Shown here: in pieces, positions 51,695 to 63,358 of the stretch | How positions within the stretch are numbered: position 1 is the first letter of the stretch | Layout of the letters: the number at the start of each line of letters is the position of its first letter | Origin: Leidyana gryllorum EB-2025a | Taxonomy: Eukaryota; Protista; Apicomplexa | Assembly: GCA_048772705.1 (NCBI GenBank) | Contig: JBLWGC010000043.1 | Span: 1 to 64,000 of the forward strand | DNA length: 64,000 nucleotides | Reading direction: 5' to 3' | Notes under the pieces: model-generated | What the model saw: the letters and a program-made list of their open reading frames with translations, nothing else | Databases searched by the model: none | Told to the model about the DNA's origin: nothing | Made by a program: the position numbers and the translations under genes

Positions 51695-51958
51695 GCCTAG
51701 TCGGTGGTTCAACCCGCTGGGTACAGTCAAGAGACTCGTCTCACTATGTGAAGTATCACTCAAGGCCATGAGGTAGGCACAGAGGGAGGCAAGCCCAGAT
51801 GATGAAACGGTGCTTAGTGTACGAAAGGTTCTGGGATCGATTCTCAGCTCATCCGAACTAGATAGATGGAACCCTCGCCGGAGTAGTCTAGTTGGCCTAT
51901 CAACGCTGTCTGCCAACACCATCAGGTTGAGTAGTACTTTGCCAATCACCACTCTACT

Positions 51959-52038
51959 TCCGGTGGGACGGAATCGAACCGCCGACTATCTGATGCCAGC
52001 ACTACAGTCAGATGCTCTACCAACTGAGCTACCCCCGG
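51959..52038 (-). tRNA. tRNA-Tyr(GTA) with 7-nt intron
   Basis: Consensus. Confidence 0.9.
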
Positions 52039-52227
52039 CCGTCCAACTGCTCCGGGGTTCAAAAGGCTCAACCCCGATCCTCGCCCTTTCGGACAGCGGT
52101 CTGAGCACAGCGCCTTAGACAACTCGGCTATCTTGCCCAGTGTTGTTGGTTCATCGCTCCACGCGTTTTTTGTCCGTGAGCCAAAATAGAAAGACTTCTG
52201 GGATCGGAGGCCGGCGTGTTGAGAGCG

Positions 52228-52299
52228 TCCGAGATAGTATAGTGGTTAGTATTTCCGCCTGTCACGCGGAAGACCCGGGTTCGATTCCCGGTCTCGGAG
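52228..52299 (+). tRNA. tRNA-Asp(GTC)
   Basis: Consensus. Confidence 0.92.
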
Positions 52300-52561
52300 C
52301 ACAGGTGGTTTCGCTTAAGATTCTCTCCTGTGGTTCTCGCTGAAAGTTAGGAGTTACCCCACCGAGGATTCACCTCGGACTTTCTGCGTGTTCAGCAGAC
52401 GTCGTAACCACTAGACCGTGGGAGCTACAGCCACCGAGGATTCACCTCGGACTTGTTGCGTGTTAAGCAGACGTCGTAACCACTAGACGGTGGCTGTATG
52501 AATGGTCCCCCCAGCCCAAGAGGAGTGGCGAAGTTTCACGGAGCAGTGAGGACCAGTTCCA

Positions 52562-52633
52562 AGGTCGCGCCGGGAATCGAACCCAGGTCGGGAGATTCAG
52601 AGTCTCCAGTGCTAACCACTACACCACGCAACC
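52562..52633 (-). tRNA. tRNA-Gln(CTG)
   Basis: Consensus. Confidence 0.92.
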
Positions 52634-52850
52634 GATTCAGCCCATCCCAGAAGAGTCGGTAGAATTGAGTCGGTAGAATTATTCGGACTAGCGCTTCCTC
52701 AACTGGACACACGCAACACGGGTCTCTCTACTGACGTCTGGAAAATTTAATTGGCTCCTGTATATAGCGCCCAGCGTAGAGCGTTGGATTTGAGTCGGAC
52801 AGAAAGCTCACTTCAATCATTGAAGCAATTGCGCTCTCCGCGAATGCTAC

Positions 52851-52932
52851 CGACAAGGGTGAGATTCGAATTCACGCGGGTAAAACCCAACGGCTCAGCA
52901 GGCCGCCGCCTTAACCGCTCGGCCACCTTGCC
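52851..52932 (-). pseudogene. tRNA-Ser(GCT) degenerate
   Basis: Copy of 12161. Confidence 0.65.
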
Positions 52933-53397
52933 GAGACTGTAACTGATTACACCTTCCCTCGGGCACCCCGTGCGAACTGTTGTAGGAAGAGGAGGGTCTC
53001 TCTACTAACCTCTGAAACATTGTAAGGGGTCTTGTAGCTCAGGCAGCAGAGGGTGTGGCTGTTAACCGCAAAGTCGCAGGCTCGGAACCTGCCAGGAGCG
53101 CTTTCAGAGGCACGCTAGACACTGACTGCGCTGCTCTCGCAATGGCAATTGTGGTCTACGACCCTTCAAAGATGGTGAGATCCCGGCACGTGCAGCCGTA
53201 CGTACTTTGGACGACCTGGGCATCGATCCCAGTATCTCTCGCACGCTAAGCGTAGCGAGCTACCATTTGAGCTAGTCGCCCATTTAGCAAACCCCAGTAC
53301 ATCCATGTCTTTTTGACATGGTATGACCAATCTCCCAACTGCATGGATCACTTCCACCTGTTTGTGCTCCACTTTGCACAAACGAAGGCACGCAGGA

Positions 53398-53470
53398 AAC
53401 GGCTAGAGGGACTCGAACCCTCAACCTTTGCCTTAGGAGGGCAACGCGCTATCCATTGCGCCACAACCGC
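53398..53470 (-). tRNA. tRNA-Arg(CCT)
   Basis: Full cloverleaf. Confidence 0.85.
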
Positions 53471-53568
53471 ATTCGGGACGCATCCGACTTTTGAGTGGGA
53501 CAGAACCGGCTGCCCAAGGTGTCTCCTCTTTCACCCAACCAGTATCGAGATGACCGAAGCCTATCCAT

Positions 53569-53641
53569 GGTGCGGTGGCCTAATGGATAGGGCATCGGTC
53601 TTCGGAACCGGGAGTTGTGGGTTTGAGTCCCATCCGCATCA
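53569..53641 (+). tRNA. tRNA-Arg(TCG) variant
   Basis: Copy of 12879. Confidence 0.72.
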
Positions 53642-53847
53642 TAGCCTCTCACTCGGAAGACGTTCCGTTTCGACCGAGGCAAGCTTGCTAGCTGCATGGG
53701 AGCCGCTGCCCCGCATGTCGAGTTGAAGTGCTAGTGGTATCAGTCTCCTTCGTCCGTGAAAGTGCTCGATTCGATCCCCGTAGGTTGCAGACAGCTGGAA
53801 GTAGAAATTGCCCGAGTCTCTCGGGGTGCTGCAGATCTTTCGCAATT

Positions 53848-53918
53848 GCACTTGTGGTCTAAGGGTAAGATGCGACCCTTCCAAGGTAGTAACCCGGGTT
53901 CGAGTCCCGGCAGGTGCA
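53848..53918 (+). tRNA. tRNA-Gly(TCC), recombinant copy
   Basis: 5' flank of 13158, 3' alleles of 14537. Confidence 0.8.
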
Positions 53919-53988
53919 GCCGTATGTAGCTCGAACGACCTGTCTATCAGTGAAGAGAGGGGACTACCTACCAATACAATACAACGGC

Positions 53989-54068
53989 TGACAAGAGTGG
54001 GATTCGAACCCACGCCCTTTCGGACTGCGGCCTGAACACAGCGCCTTAGACCACTCGGCCATCTTGCC
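53989..54068 (-). tRNA. tRNA-Leu(CAG)
   Basis: Consensus. Confidence 0.92.
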
Positions 54069-54197
54069 GGAGCGTTCTTGGCTCCATCGAGACGACCCGG
54101 GTTCGATTCCCGGAAGATGCAGAAGACACATGGTTGTTTTTCCACCATTCCAGAAATTCATGCGTGAGTTGATGTTTAACCCTCCAACCACATCGCA

Positions 54198-54279
54198 CGA
54201 CAACTGCTGGATTTGAACCAGCGCGGGCCAGGCCCAGTAGATTTCTAGTCTACCCCCTTAACCACTCGGGCAAGTTGCC
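54198..54279 (-). tRNA. tRNA-Ser(AGA)
   Basis: Consensus. Confidence 0.92.
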
Positions 54280-54571
54280 GCTGTCGAACTTGGCATTTTG
54301 CAGCCAGTGGCTTCGCATACGGTTCAGCACTGCTCGCGCCGGCACGAACCCGCCGTTCTCCCATCAAACGTCTTGCGCGCCACCGACGGAGTTGGGGCGG
54401 CAAGGAAGCTCGCCCTGTACCTGGGGAAGGCCCAAGATCCCACGATCAATACAAATGGAATTGGTTACTAAGTCCGAATCTGTATCAGAGATCCACTCAC
54501 TTGACCACGGCGACATTCCATATTTTCCAAGACGGTACGGCGCTCGGCCGAAGCCCCAACTCAACCACTCG

Positions 54572-54644
54572 TCCACTGTAGTCTAAGTGGCTAGGATATG
54601 CGGCTTTCACCCGCACGATCCGGGTTCAAGTCCCGGCAGTGGAA
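54572..54644 (+). tRNA. tRNA-Glu(TTC)
   Basis: Consensus. Confidence 0.92.
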
Positions 54645-55061
54645 GTCATTGAACTACTCTAGCAAAGTGCTCCACTAATCTCCGTCAATAGCGATTGTTT
54701 CGTCATCTCCGGCTTCCATTGGCTTCTTAGTTTAGGGGCAGAGCGTTCGCTCCGTAAGCGAGAGGTCGCCGGTTCGATTCCGGCTGAAGGCTCGACTGCA
54801 TCGACTGGGCACCTGCAAGCGGTAAGTCTCTTAGCCACGAAGCCGCAGGTTTGGAACCTGCCAGTACCTAAGGCACCCACAGGGGGGTTGGGCCTGGTGG
54901 TATGATTCTTCCTTCGGGTGGAAGAAGTCCTGGGTTCGATTCCCAGAACAGCCCGGCTGATAGTTGTTGACGCAACAAGGCACTCGACCCATCCCCAGAC
55001 AATGTCCCTGACACAGGATCTGAGTTGTTGAGTCAACAGGCTGCAGCCCGGCCATTCGCCC

Positions 55062-55134
55062 AGACGCTACTGGGACTCGAACCCAGAATCCCCGGTTCCG
55101 AAGACCGATGCCATATCCATTAGGCCATAGCGCC
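55062..55134 (-). tRNA. tRNA-Arg(TCG) on Arg(ACG)-type body
   Basis: ACG-family body with loop CTTCGGA. Confidence 0.85.
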
Positions 55135-55594
55135 GACTAACGGAGCCCTCAAATGGAAGTGTGTAGCGATCAAGAGAGGACATGGGGAGCTAAGCCGGAT
55201 CGTGGGTTCGGACAAACTTCACCTACATCTCCCATTCGAGACATCGGGGACATACTATCCAAGCCAGGATTCGGGCTGGGTACGCACGGCCACAACTTCC
55301 TGTTGTAAGCACTAGACGACCCGGACAATCTTCATGTGAGGCTGGTATGTCGGCGTGACCAAGTGAGTGGATCTCTGATACAAATTCGGACTTAGTAACC
55401 AATTCCATTTGTATTGATCGTGGAATCTTGGGCCTTCCTCGGGGATGGGGCGAGCTTCTTGCCGCCCCAACTCCGTCAGTAGAGCGCAAGACTTTTGAAG
55501 GGAGAACCGCGGGTTCGGGCGGCGCGAGCAGTCCTAGTAAAGCTCGCTGAACCGTATGTGAATCCGCTGGCCGCAAATAGCCAAGTTCGACAGC

Positions 55595-55676
55595 GGCAAC
55601 TTGCCCAAGTGGTTAAGGGGGTAGACTAGAAATCTACTGGGCCTGGCCCGCGCTGGTTCAAATCGAGCAGTTGTCG
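55595..55676 (+). tRNA. tRNA-Ser(AGA) variant
   Basis: 2 substitutions. Confidence 0.75.
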
Positions 55677-55796
55677 TGTGCTGCGATCATCGGAGTAGGC
55701 GGCTGGGCTCAAACACCAGCAGTACATGCTAGAGATTGCAGTGGCGACGCAGAGGCATCAAGTAAGTGCATAGGTGCCATCTGTCGTCGCAGAAGT

Positions 55797-55870
55797 GGTC
55801 GCGTAGCTCAGTCGGTCAGAGCGTGAGCCTAATAAGCTCAAGGTCCCCGGTTCGAGCCTGGGCGTGACCA
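55797..55870 (+). tRNA. tRNA-Ile(AAT)
   Basis: One T-stem wobble. Confidence 0.85.
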
Positions 55871-56105
55871 AGTGAGTGGATCTCTGATAAATAGTTGCCC
55901 TGAACCCGAGGAAGCTCCAAAATCCTGCGACCAATAGGAAAGGAACTAGTTACTAAGTCCGAGCTTCCTTGCCGCGCCACCTCCGGCAATAGACCCCTAA
56001 ACTTTCAATGGAGAGACCGCGGCTTCGGGCAGCGCCAGCAGTCCGAGTCAAGCTTGCTGAACCGTATGTGAAGCCACTGTCTGCGGCATGCCGAGTTCGA
56101 CCGTT

Positions 56106-56187
56106 GGCAACTTGCCCGAGTGGTTAAGGGGGTAGACTAGAAATCTACTGGGCCTGGCCCGCGCTGGTTCAAATCCAGCAGTTGTCG
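56106..56187 (+). tRNA. tRNA-Ser(AGA)
   Basis: Consensus. Confidence 0.92.
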
Positions 56188-56386
56188 TGCGATGTGATCG
56201 GGCATCAACTCCCTTCGGTCGTGACTCTGTTTTCATATACCGCGGGTGCAGCCGTTAGAAGCTTGGACGACCTGGGGATTGATCCTAGTATCTCTCGAAT
56301 GTTAAGCTAGTGCTATATCGTTTGAGCTAGTCGCCCGCTGTGCAGACCCCATAGCATTTAGTGGTTCTTGACACCACCGACCAGTC

Positions 56387-56458
56387 GGCTGTTTGGTCTA
56401 GTGGTATGATCCTTCCTTAGGGTGGAAGGAGTCCTGGGTTCGATTCCCAGAACAGCCC
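56387..56458 (+). tRNA. tRNA-Pro(AGG)
   Basis: Full cloverleaf. Confidence 0.92.
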
Positions 56459-56629
56459 TTCTGCTAGGCTCTGACGAGTGTCTGGGAGAGTTGATACCCC
56501 TGTCTCAAATAAGACAAGAAGTCTTTCGAACTCCGCCTACCACGTCCACTTGACAACTGCTGAATGGAACCAGCGGGGCCAGACTATATCACCGACTCAG
56601 GCGTCGCAGACAGTGAGGCTGTGGATTGT

Positions 56630-56702
56630 GCGGTGGTGGCGCAATGGATAGCGTGTTGCCCTCCGGAGGCAAAGGTTGTGGGTTCGAGTCCCGCCCACCG
56701 TT
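56630..56702 (+). tRNA. tRNA-Arg(CCG)
   Basis: Full cloverleaf. Confidence 0.9.
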
Positions 56703-57163
56703 CTCGTGGTCTCGCTCTATAGCGGAATCGACAAGAGTGGCTGACATTCGGAGCCATGCAGGGGTGCGGCATCCAAATTCGAGTTTGGCACCTCGGACCA
56801 CCCCGCGATCTGTCCCGCAGTGTTGAGCTTGAGAGCTGGAAGTGCCACTGTTGAGGAACCGAGGGGGGGAAAGTTCACTTGGGTTTGGCCGGTCAGGTGA
56901 CTTTGCACGCCAAACGTGTAGGGGTCGATAGCCAGATCGGGGAGCTCTTGAAGCAAAAAGCCGCCTGTATCATCTCTATAAGTGTGTCCTCCTCCTGACT
57001 CTTAGCAGTGCGTCGTTTCGACCGACGAACCTTCCGGTCATGAGCCCAACACTCTCCCACTGAGCCACGTTGCTCAGTGTCCAACATGAAAGAGGGGGCC
57101 GAAACGCGTGCTGTGCCGACTGCTCCCACAGTACTGGGGGCTGTAGCGGGATGGTGGGTTGTC

Positions 57164-57235
57164 GGCTGTTTGGTCTAGTGGTATGATTCTTCCTTTGGGT
57201 GGAAGAACTCCTGGGTTCGATTCCCAGAACAGCCC
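57164..57235 (+). tRNA. tRNA-Pro(TGG)
   Basis: Copy of 19188. Confidence 0.88.
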
Positions 57236-57424
57236 GTCTGTCAGTTGTTGACTTAATACGCCACGTCTCTTCAAGGTTGTCTAAGATATGCTGCTGCGAC
57301 AGCTAAGACAAGGTTTGAGTTGTATATGCATGGACTCTTCGCCAGATTCATTCCAATTGGCCCATCAACGATGTCTGCCAAAACCCATCAGGTTGAGTAG
57401 CAGTCTGCCAACCACCACTCTACT

Positions 57425-57504
57425 TCCAATGGGACGGAATCGAACCGCCGACTACCTGATGCCAGCACCACAGTCAGATGCTCTACCAACTGAGCTACCC
57501 CCGG
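57425..57504 (-). pseudogene. tRNA-Tyr body with GTG anticodon
   Basis: Copy of 19449. Confidence 0.65.
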
Positions 57505-57847
57505 CCGTCCAACTGCTGCGAGGTTCGAAGGCTCAACCTCAGACCCTCAACAGTGGCGCTCTCAAGCTCAGAAGTACGGCACGGATTTCGGGGTGCTCGA
57601 AGGTGCCAGACTCGGGTTCCGCTAAGATTGCACGACCTGCGGTGTACCGCCCCGAAGTACTCTAACGGCCCGAGTTGCTTAGATGGCAACGCATCTGACG
57701 GTAGTGGTAGCATCAGATATTCGACGAGCAAATTCCGTCCCACCGGGAGTTGAGGAGTGAACTTCTTACAACGTAGTTTGTCTGACGCTCCTGTTCCATT
57801 CCATCCTGATCGATGCTTCGCTACCTCTACAGTCTCGCTCAAAGATT

Positions 57848-57919
57848 GTCGGAGTCGTCTAGTGGTTAGGACAGCACGTTGTGGCCGTGCAAACCCAGGC
57901 GCGATTCCTGGCTCGGACA
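57848..57919 (+). tRNA. tRNA-His(GTG) variant
   Basis: Copy of 19872. Confidence 0.65.
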
Positions 57920-57998
57920 AGCAGTTTAAAGTGTATTGCTCTTCGCCCCGGAATGTTGAAAATATCGTTGCAGCCATGGTCAAGTCTGTACGATCGGC

Positions 57999-58069
57999 TG
58001 CACCTGCCGGGACTCGAACCCGGACTGCGAGCATGGGAAGCTCGCATCCTACCCTTGGACCACAAGTGC
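57999..58069 (-). tRNA. tRNA-Gly(CCC)
   Basis: Copy of 20023. Confidence 0.9.
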
Positions 58070-58268
58070 ACTTGAGAAAGAGCTTCAGCACCCCGAGACT
58101 CGGCCGCAGTCTGCGTTGAGCTAGTGGGTGCCTCAGGTACTGGCAGGTTCCAGTCTGCGACTTTGCGGCTACGAGACTTACCCTCTGCTGGCTGAGCTAC
58201 GAGGCTCAGCTACGATGATTGGAGCTTGAGAGACTTTAAGCTTTGCAGGTGCCCAGTCGAGGCAGTAA

Positions 58269-58340
58269 AGTCTTCTGCCGGAAACGAACCGGCGACCTTT
58301 CGCTTACTAAGCGAATGCTCTGCCCCTGAGCTAAGAAGGC
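58269..58340 (-). tRNA. tRNA-Thr(AGT) variant
   Basis: Copy of 20293. Confidence 0.65.
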
Positions 58341-58408
58341 AATGCAGGCCGAAGATCACGAATCAGTGACTATTGACGGGGATTACTGGAGCACTTTGCT
58401 CCAGTAGC

Positions 58409-58481
58409 TTCCACTGCCGGGACTCGAACCCGGATCGTGCGGGTGAGAGCCGCATATCCTAACCACTTGGACTACAGTGGA
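58409..58481 (-). tRNA. tRNA-Glu(CTC)
   Basis: Copy of 20433. Confidence 0.9.
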
Positions 58482-58621
58482 CAAGTGCCCGAGTTGAGGC
58501 TTTGGACGAGAGCCGTACCGTCTTGAGATCAGGTGGAGCGTCGGGTCAAGCGACCACGAACGGGCTCGTCGGATACGTGTGTCCAAAGACACACGCCCCT
58601 TTCACAGCCCGGAAGCTCCGT

Positions 58622-58694
58622 GCAGCCATGGTCTAGTGGTCACGACGTCTGCTTCACACGCAGAAGGTCCCGAGTTCGATCCTCGGTGGCTGCA
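58622..58694 (+). tRNA. tRNA-Val(CAC)
   Basis: Full cloverleaf. Confidence 0.9.
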
Positions 58695-58754
58695 GCTCGC
58701 AACTTTCAGCGGGAACCAAAGGGGGAGAATCTTAGACGGAACCAACTAAGTGTG

Positions 58755-58826
58755 CTCCGAGACCGGGAATCGAACCCGGGTCTCCCGCGTGACAGGCGGA
58801 AATACTCACCACTATACTATCTCGGA
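58755..58826 (-). tRNA. tRNA-Asp(GTC)
   Basis: Copy of 20779. Confidence 0.88.
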
Positions 58827-58996
58827 CGCTAGTAAACTCGCCGGCGTCCAACCCCAGAAGTCCTCGCATTTTGAGATTAGGAAATGGGTGGAACCGCGAG
58901 CCAAGAACACTCCGGCAAGATGGCCGAGTGCTGTGTGCAAGCCGCCGTTCGAAAATGCGGGCGGATGATCGCAACCATGTTTAGGCTAATGACTGA

Positions 58997-59068
58997 AGCC
59001 TCCTGCCGGAATCGAACCAGCGACCTTTCGCTTACAAAGCGAATGCTCTGCCCCTAAGCTAAGGAGGC
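58997..59068 (-). tRNA. tRNA-Thr(TGT)
   Basis: Consensus. Confidence 0.9.
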
Positions 59069-59132
59069 ATTCCCTGTCTCGACCCATATGAGTTTTTGAT
59101 GCTGGGAATTGCATCATTTCCACCACATCGCA

Positions 59133-59214
59133 CGACAACTGCTGGATTTGAACCAGCGCGGGCCAGGCCCAGTAGATTTCTAGTCTACCCCCTTAACCAC
59201 TCGGGCAAGTTGCC
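59133..59214 (-). tRNA. tRNA-Ser(AGA)
   Basis: Consensus. Confidence 0.92.
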
Positions 59215-59711
59215 GCTGTCGAACTTGGCGCTTTGCGGCCAGTGGCTTCACATACGATTCAGCGAGCTTTACTAGGACTGCTCGCGCCGCCCGAACCCGC
59301 GGTTCTCCCTTCAGAAGTCTTGCGCTCTACTGACGGAGTTGGGGCGGCAAGGAAGCTCGCCCCGTACCCGAGGAAGGCCCCAGATTCCACGATCAATACA
59401 AATGGAATTGGTTACTAAGTCCGAATCTGTATCAGAGATCCACTCACTTGATCACGCCGACATACCATGTTTTCCAAGACGGTACGGCTCTCGGCCGAAG
59501 CCCCAACTCAACCACTCGTCCACTGTAGTCTAAGTGGCTAGGATATGCGGCCTCACCCGCAAGCTCCGGGCTCAAGTCCGGCAGTGGAAGTCAGTGGTCC
59601 CTGACCACATGCCAATGAGTTTGAAGTCGGTGGACAATTTTGGGTCTATGGCGGACGCTGGCGCGCAGAAATCGCCCGAGTGTCTCGGGGTGCTGCAACT
59701 CTTTCGCAATT

Positions 59712-59782
59712 GCACTTGTGGTCTAAGGGTAAGATGCGACCCTTCCAAGGTAGTAACCCGGGTTCGAGTCCCGGCAGGTGCA
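59712..59782 (+). tRNA. tRNA-Gly(TCC)
   Basis: As 14537. Confidence 0.8.
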
Positions 59783-59852
59783 GCCGTATGTAGCTCGAAC
59801 GACCTGTCTATCAGTGAAGAGAGGGGACTACCTACCAATACAATACAACGGC

Positions 59853-59931
59853 TGACAAGAGTGGGATTCGAACCCAGCCCTTTCGGACTGCGGCCTGAAC
59901 ACAGCGCCTTAGACCACTCGGCCATCTTGCC
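59853..59931 (-). tRNA. tRNA-Leu(CAG) variant
   Basis: 1-nt T-stem deletion. Confidence 0.7.
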
Positions 59932-60090
59932 GGAGCGTTCTTGGCTCGCCACCTTACACGTTTTCTGTCCGTGAAGTTCTCAGAAGGAAGACTTCTAGGG
60001 TTGAAGACGCGGAAGACGCGGGTTCGATGCCCTGTCTCGAAGACAGCACGTTTCCTCGCTTTGGGTGGAGCTCACTTCACATGTTCGAGC

Positions 60091-60163
60091 TACAGCCACC
60101 GAGGATCGAACTCGGGACCTTCTGCGTGTTAAGCAGACGTCGTAACCACTAGACCATGGCTGC
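60091..60163 (-). tRNA. tRNA-Val(AAC)
   Basis: Consensus. Confidence 0.92.
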
Positions 60164-60227
60164 ATGAAAGCTTTCCGCAGACCAAGAGAAGTTGCGAAGT
60201 TTCAAGATGTAGTGATGACTAGTTGCG

Positions 60228-60299
60228 AGGTCGCGCCGGGAATCGAACCCAGGTCGGGAGATTCAAAGTCTCCAGTGTTAACCACTACAACACGGAACC
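60228..60299 (-). tRNA. tRNA-Gln(TTG) variant
   Basis: GGAGA-CTTTGAA-TCTCC; D and acceptor mismatches. Confidence 0.7.
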
Positions 60300-60481
60300 A
60301 TTCACGACCAAGATTCAGAAGAGTGAGTTAAGCCATTGGGACTGGAAATAAATGCGGTCAAGGGCTCGAACGTTTCCGTGCCATTGAGACGACACGCGCT
60401 CGATACGAGGCGGCTTCAGATCTGGGTAAGTGCAAAAAGATAGCACGACGAGTTTGTCGGCGGTTTGAACTCGACGGAGCG

Positions 60482-60554
60482 TGGGAGTGGAGAGGATCGA
60501 ACTCTCGACTTCAGGATTATGAGACCTACCCGCTACCGAGTGCGCTACACTCCG
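60482..60554 (-). tRNA. tRNA-Met(CAT) elongator variant
   Basis: 3 substitutions. Confidence 0.68.
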
Positions 60555-60961
60555 CCTCCGACTTTCTCCGAGGAAATTACCCGAATCCAGAAGCATGCTG
60601 ACAGGCAGGTTGGGTCAAGATACAACAAATTGGGCTGTTCTGGGATTCGAGCCCAAACCTACTTTCACCCTAAGGAAAAATCATATTACAAGACCAAACA
60701 GCCACTCGGTGATGCAACCCACCGGACTGATCATACTGTGTAAAGGATCACTGAATGGCACGGGGCTTGCGCAACAGGCGACTAGCTAAGATGCTTGAGC
60801 GGTCGCTCAACGTGCGAAAGGGTTCGCCAGTTTAAGTACGGTTGGAGCATCAACACTGTTTGCCGAAGCTCAGCAGGGGGAATAGTAATTTTCAAAGCAC
60901 ACCTCTACCTCCAGTGGGAGGGAATCGTGGTGAGATGCCGGAAGTCAACCGACGACCAAGA

Positions 60962-61033
60962 GGGCTGTTCTGGGAATCGAACCCAGGACTCTTTCCACCC
61001 TAAGGAAGGATTATACCACTAGACCAAACAGCC
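60962..61033 (-). tRNA. tRNA-Pro(AGG) variant
   Basis: 2 substitutions. Confidence 0.75.
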
Positions 61034-61270
61034 GACTGATCGGTGGTGCAAATTGCTGGTAGAGTCGGGAGACTGGTCATAACATGTCAACAACCACTAA
61101 ATGCTATGGGGTGTGCACAGCCGGCGACTAGCTCAAATTATGTAGCACTCGCGTAGCATGCGAGAGATGCTGGGATCGATGCCCAGGTCGTCCAAACTTC
61201 TAGCGGCTGCACCTCCGGTATCTGAAAACAGAGTCACGACCGAATGGAGTTGACGCCGGATCACATTACA

Positions 61271-61351
61271 CGACAACTGCTGGATTCGAACCACCGCGGG
61301 CCAGACCCAGTAGATTTCAAGTCTAACCCTTAATCACTCGGGCAAGTTGCC
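61271..61351 (-). pseudogene. tRNA-Ser(TGA) degenerate
   Basis: Deletion and lesions. Confidence 0.62.
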
Positions 61352-61655
61352 GCTGTCGAACTTGGCATTTTGCGGCCAGTGGCTTCACATACGGTTGAGC
61401 GAGCTTTACTAGGACTGCTCGCGCCGCCCAAACCCGCGGATCTCCCTTCAAAAGTCTTGCGCTCTACCGAAGGAGTTGGGGCGGCAAGAAAGCTCGCCCC
61501 GTACCCGAGGAAGGCCCAAGATTCCACGATCAATACAAATGGAATTGGTTACTAAGTCCGAATCTGTATCAGAGATCCACTCACTTGATCACGCCGACAT
61601 ACCATGTTTTCCAAGACTGTACGGCTCTCGGCCGAAGCCCCAACTCAACCACTCG

Positions 61656-61728
61656 TCCACTGTAGTCTAAGTGGCTAGGATATGCGGCTTTCACCCGCAC
61701 GATCCGGGTTCAAGTCCCGGCAGTGGAA
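61656..61728 (+). tRNA. tRNA-Glu(TTC)
   Basis: Consensus. Confidence 0.92.
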
Positions 61729-61804
61729 GTCATTGAACTACTCTAGCAAAGTGCTCCACTAATCTCCGTCAATAGCGATTGTTTCGTCATCTCCGGCTTC
61801 CATT

Positions 61805-61876
61805 GCCTTCTTAGTTTAGGGGCAGAGCGTGCGCTTCGTAAGCGAGAAGTCGCCGGTTCGATTCCGGCTGAAGGCT
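61805..61876 (+). tRNA. tRNA-Thr(CGT) variant
   Basis: 3 substitutions. Confidence 0.65.
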
Positions 61877-62285
61877 CGACTACATCGACTGGGCACCGGC
61901 AAGCTGCTCGCAAACTCCAATAATCGTAGCTCAGCCATCAGAGGTAAGTCTCTCAGCCACGAAGTCGCAGGTTTAGAACCTGCCAGTACCTGAGGCACCC
62001 ACAGGGGGCTGTTTGGTCTAGTTATATAATTCTTTCTTCGGCTGGAGAAGTCCTGGGTTCAATGCCACGTCTCTCCAAGGTCGGCTACTATACGCGACTC
62101 CCACTCGTACAATCCCGAATGAAGTCCAGACCAGCTGAGACAAAATCTGAGTTGCAGCAGTTGTGAGGGGCTGGAACTGCTCCGAGACCGGGAATCGAAC
62201 CCGGGTCTTCCGCGTGACTGGCGGAAATTTCGGGCAAAAACCTCAGTTCAATCATTCAACCAGTTGCGCTCTCCCCGAATGCTAC

Positions 62286-62367
62286 CGACAAGGGTGAGAT
62301 TCGATCTCACGCGGGTGGAACCCAACGGCTTAGCAGGCCGCCGCCTTAACCACTCGGCCACCTTGCC
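62286..62367 (-). tRNA. tRNA-Ser(GCT) variant
   Basis: T54A. Confidence 0.8.
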
Positions 62368-62413
62368 GACGACATCTCTTACTCGCTGGCACTTTTTCAC
62401 AACGGTTTGGGGT

Positions 62414-62465
62414 GAGCATTCGCTTAGTAAGCGAAAGGTCGCCGGTTCGATTCCGGCAGAAGGCT
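62414..62465 (+). pseudogene. tRNA-Thr(AGT) 5'-truncated
   Basis: Starts at 3' D-stem; duplication junction. Confidence 0.7.
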
Positions 62466-62557
62466 CGACTGCATCGACTAGGCACCTGCAAGCGGTAAGT
62501 CTCTTAGCCACGAAGCCGCAGGTTTGGAACCTGCCGGTACCTGAGGCACCCACAGGG

Positions 62558-62629
62558 GGCTGTTTGGTCTAGTGGTATGATTCTTCCTTCGGGTGGAAGA
62601 AGTCCTGGGTTCGACTCCCAGAACAGCCC
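62558..62629 (+). tRNA. tRNA-Pro(CGG)
   Basis: Copy of 25147. Confidence 0.9.
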
Positions 62630-62982
62630 GTCTGATAGTTGTTGACGCAACAAGGCACTCGCCCCATCCCGAGACAATGTCCCTGACAGCCAAGACAGGA
62701 TCTGAGTTGTTGACTCAACAGGCTACAACCCGACCATTCGCCCAGACGCTACTGGGACTCGAACCCAAAATCCCCGGTTGGAGTCCGGGCGGGACCAAGT
62801 GAGTGCATCTCTGATACAGCTTCGCCCTGTACCCGAGGAAGGCCCAAGATTCAACGATCAATACGAATGGAATTTGTTACTAAGTCCGAGCTTCGTCGCC
62901 GCCCCAAGTCCGTCGGTAGAGCGCAAGACTTTTGATGGGAGACCGCAGGTTCGGGCAGCGCGAGAAGTTTGAGACAGGGAAT

Positions 62983-63054
62983 GCCTCCTTAGCTTAGGGG
63001 CAGAGCATTCGCTTTGTAAGCGAAAGGTCGCTGGTTCGATTCCGGCAGGAGGCT
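62983..63054 (+). tRNA. tRNA-Thr(TGT)
   Basis: Consensus. Confidence 0.9.
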
Positions 63055-63231
63055 TCAGTCATTAGCCTAAACATGGTTGCGATCATCCGCCCGCATTTTC
63101 GGACGGCGGCTTGCACACAGCACTCGGCCATCTCGCCGAAGTGTTGTTGGCTCGCCGTTCCACCCGTTTCCCGTCGTGTAATCTCAAAATGCGAGGACTT
63201 CTGGGGTTGGAGGCCGGCGTGTTTACTAGCG

Positions 63232-63303
63232 TCCGAGATAGTGTAGTGGTCAGTATTTCCGCCTGTCACGCGGAAGACCCGGGTTCGATTCCCGGTCTCG
63301 GAG
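63232..63303 (+). tRNA. tRNA-Asp(GTC)
   Basis: Copy of 25820. Confidence 0.88.
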
Positions 63304-63358
63304 CACAGTTGGTTTCGCTTGAGATTGTCTTTTTTGGTGCGTGCTGAAGGTTGCGAGC

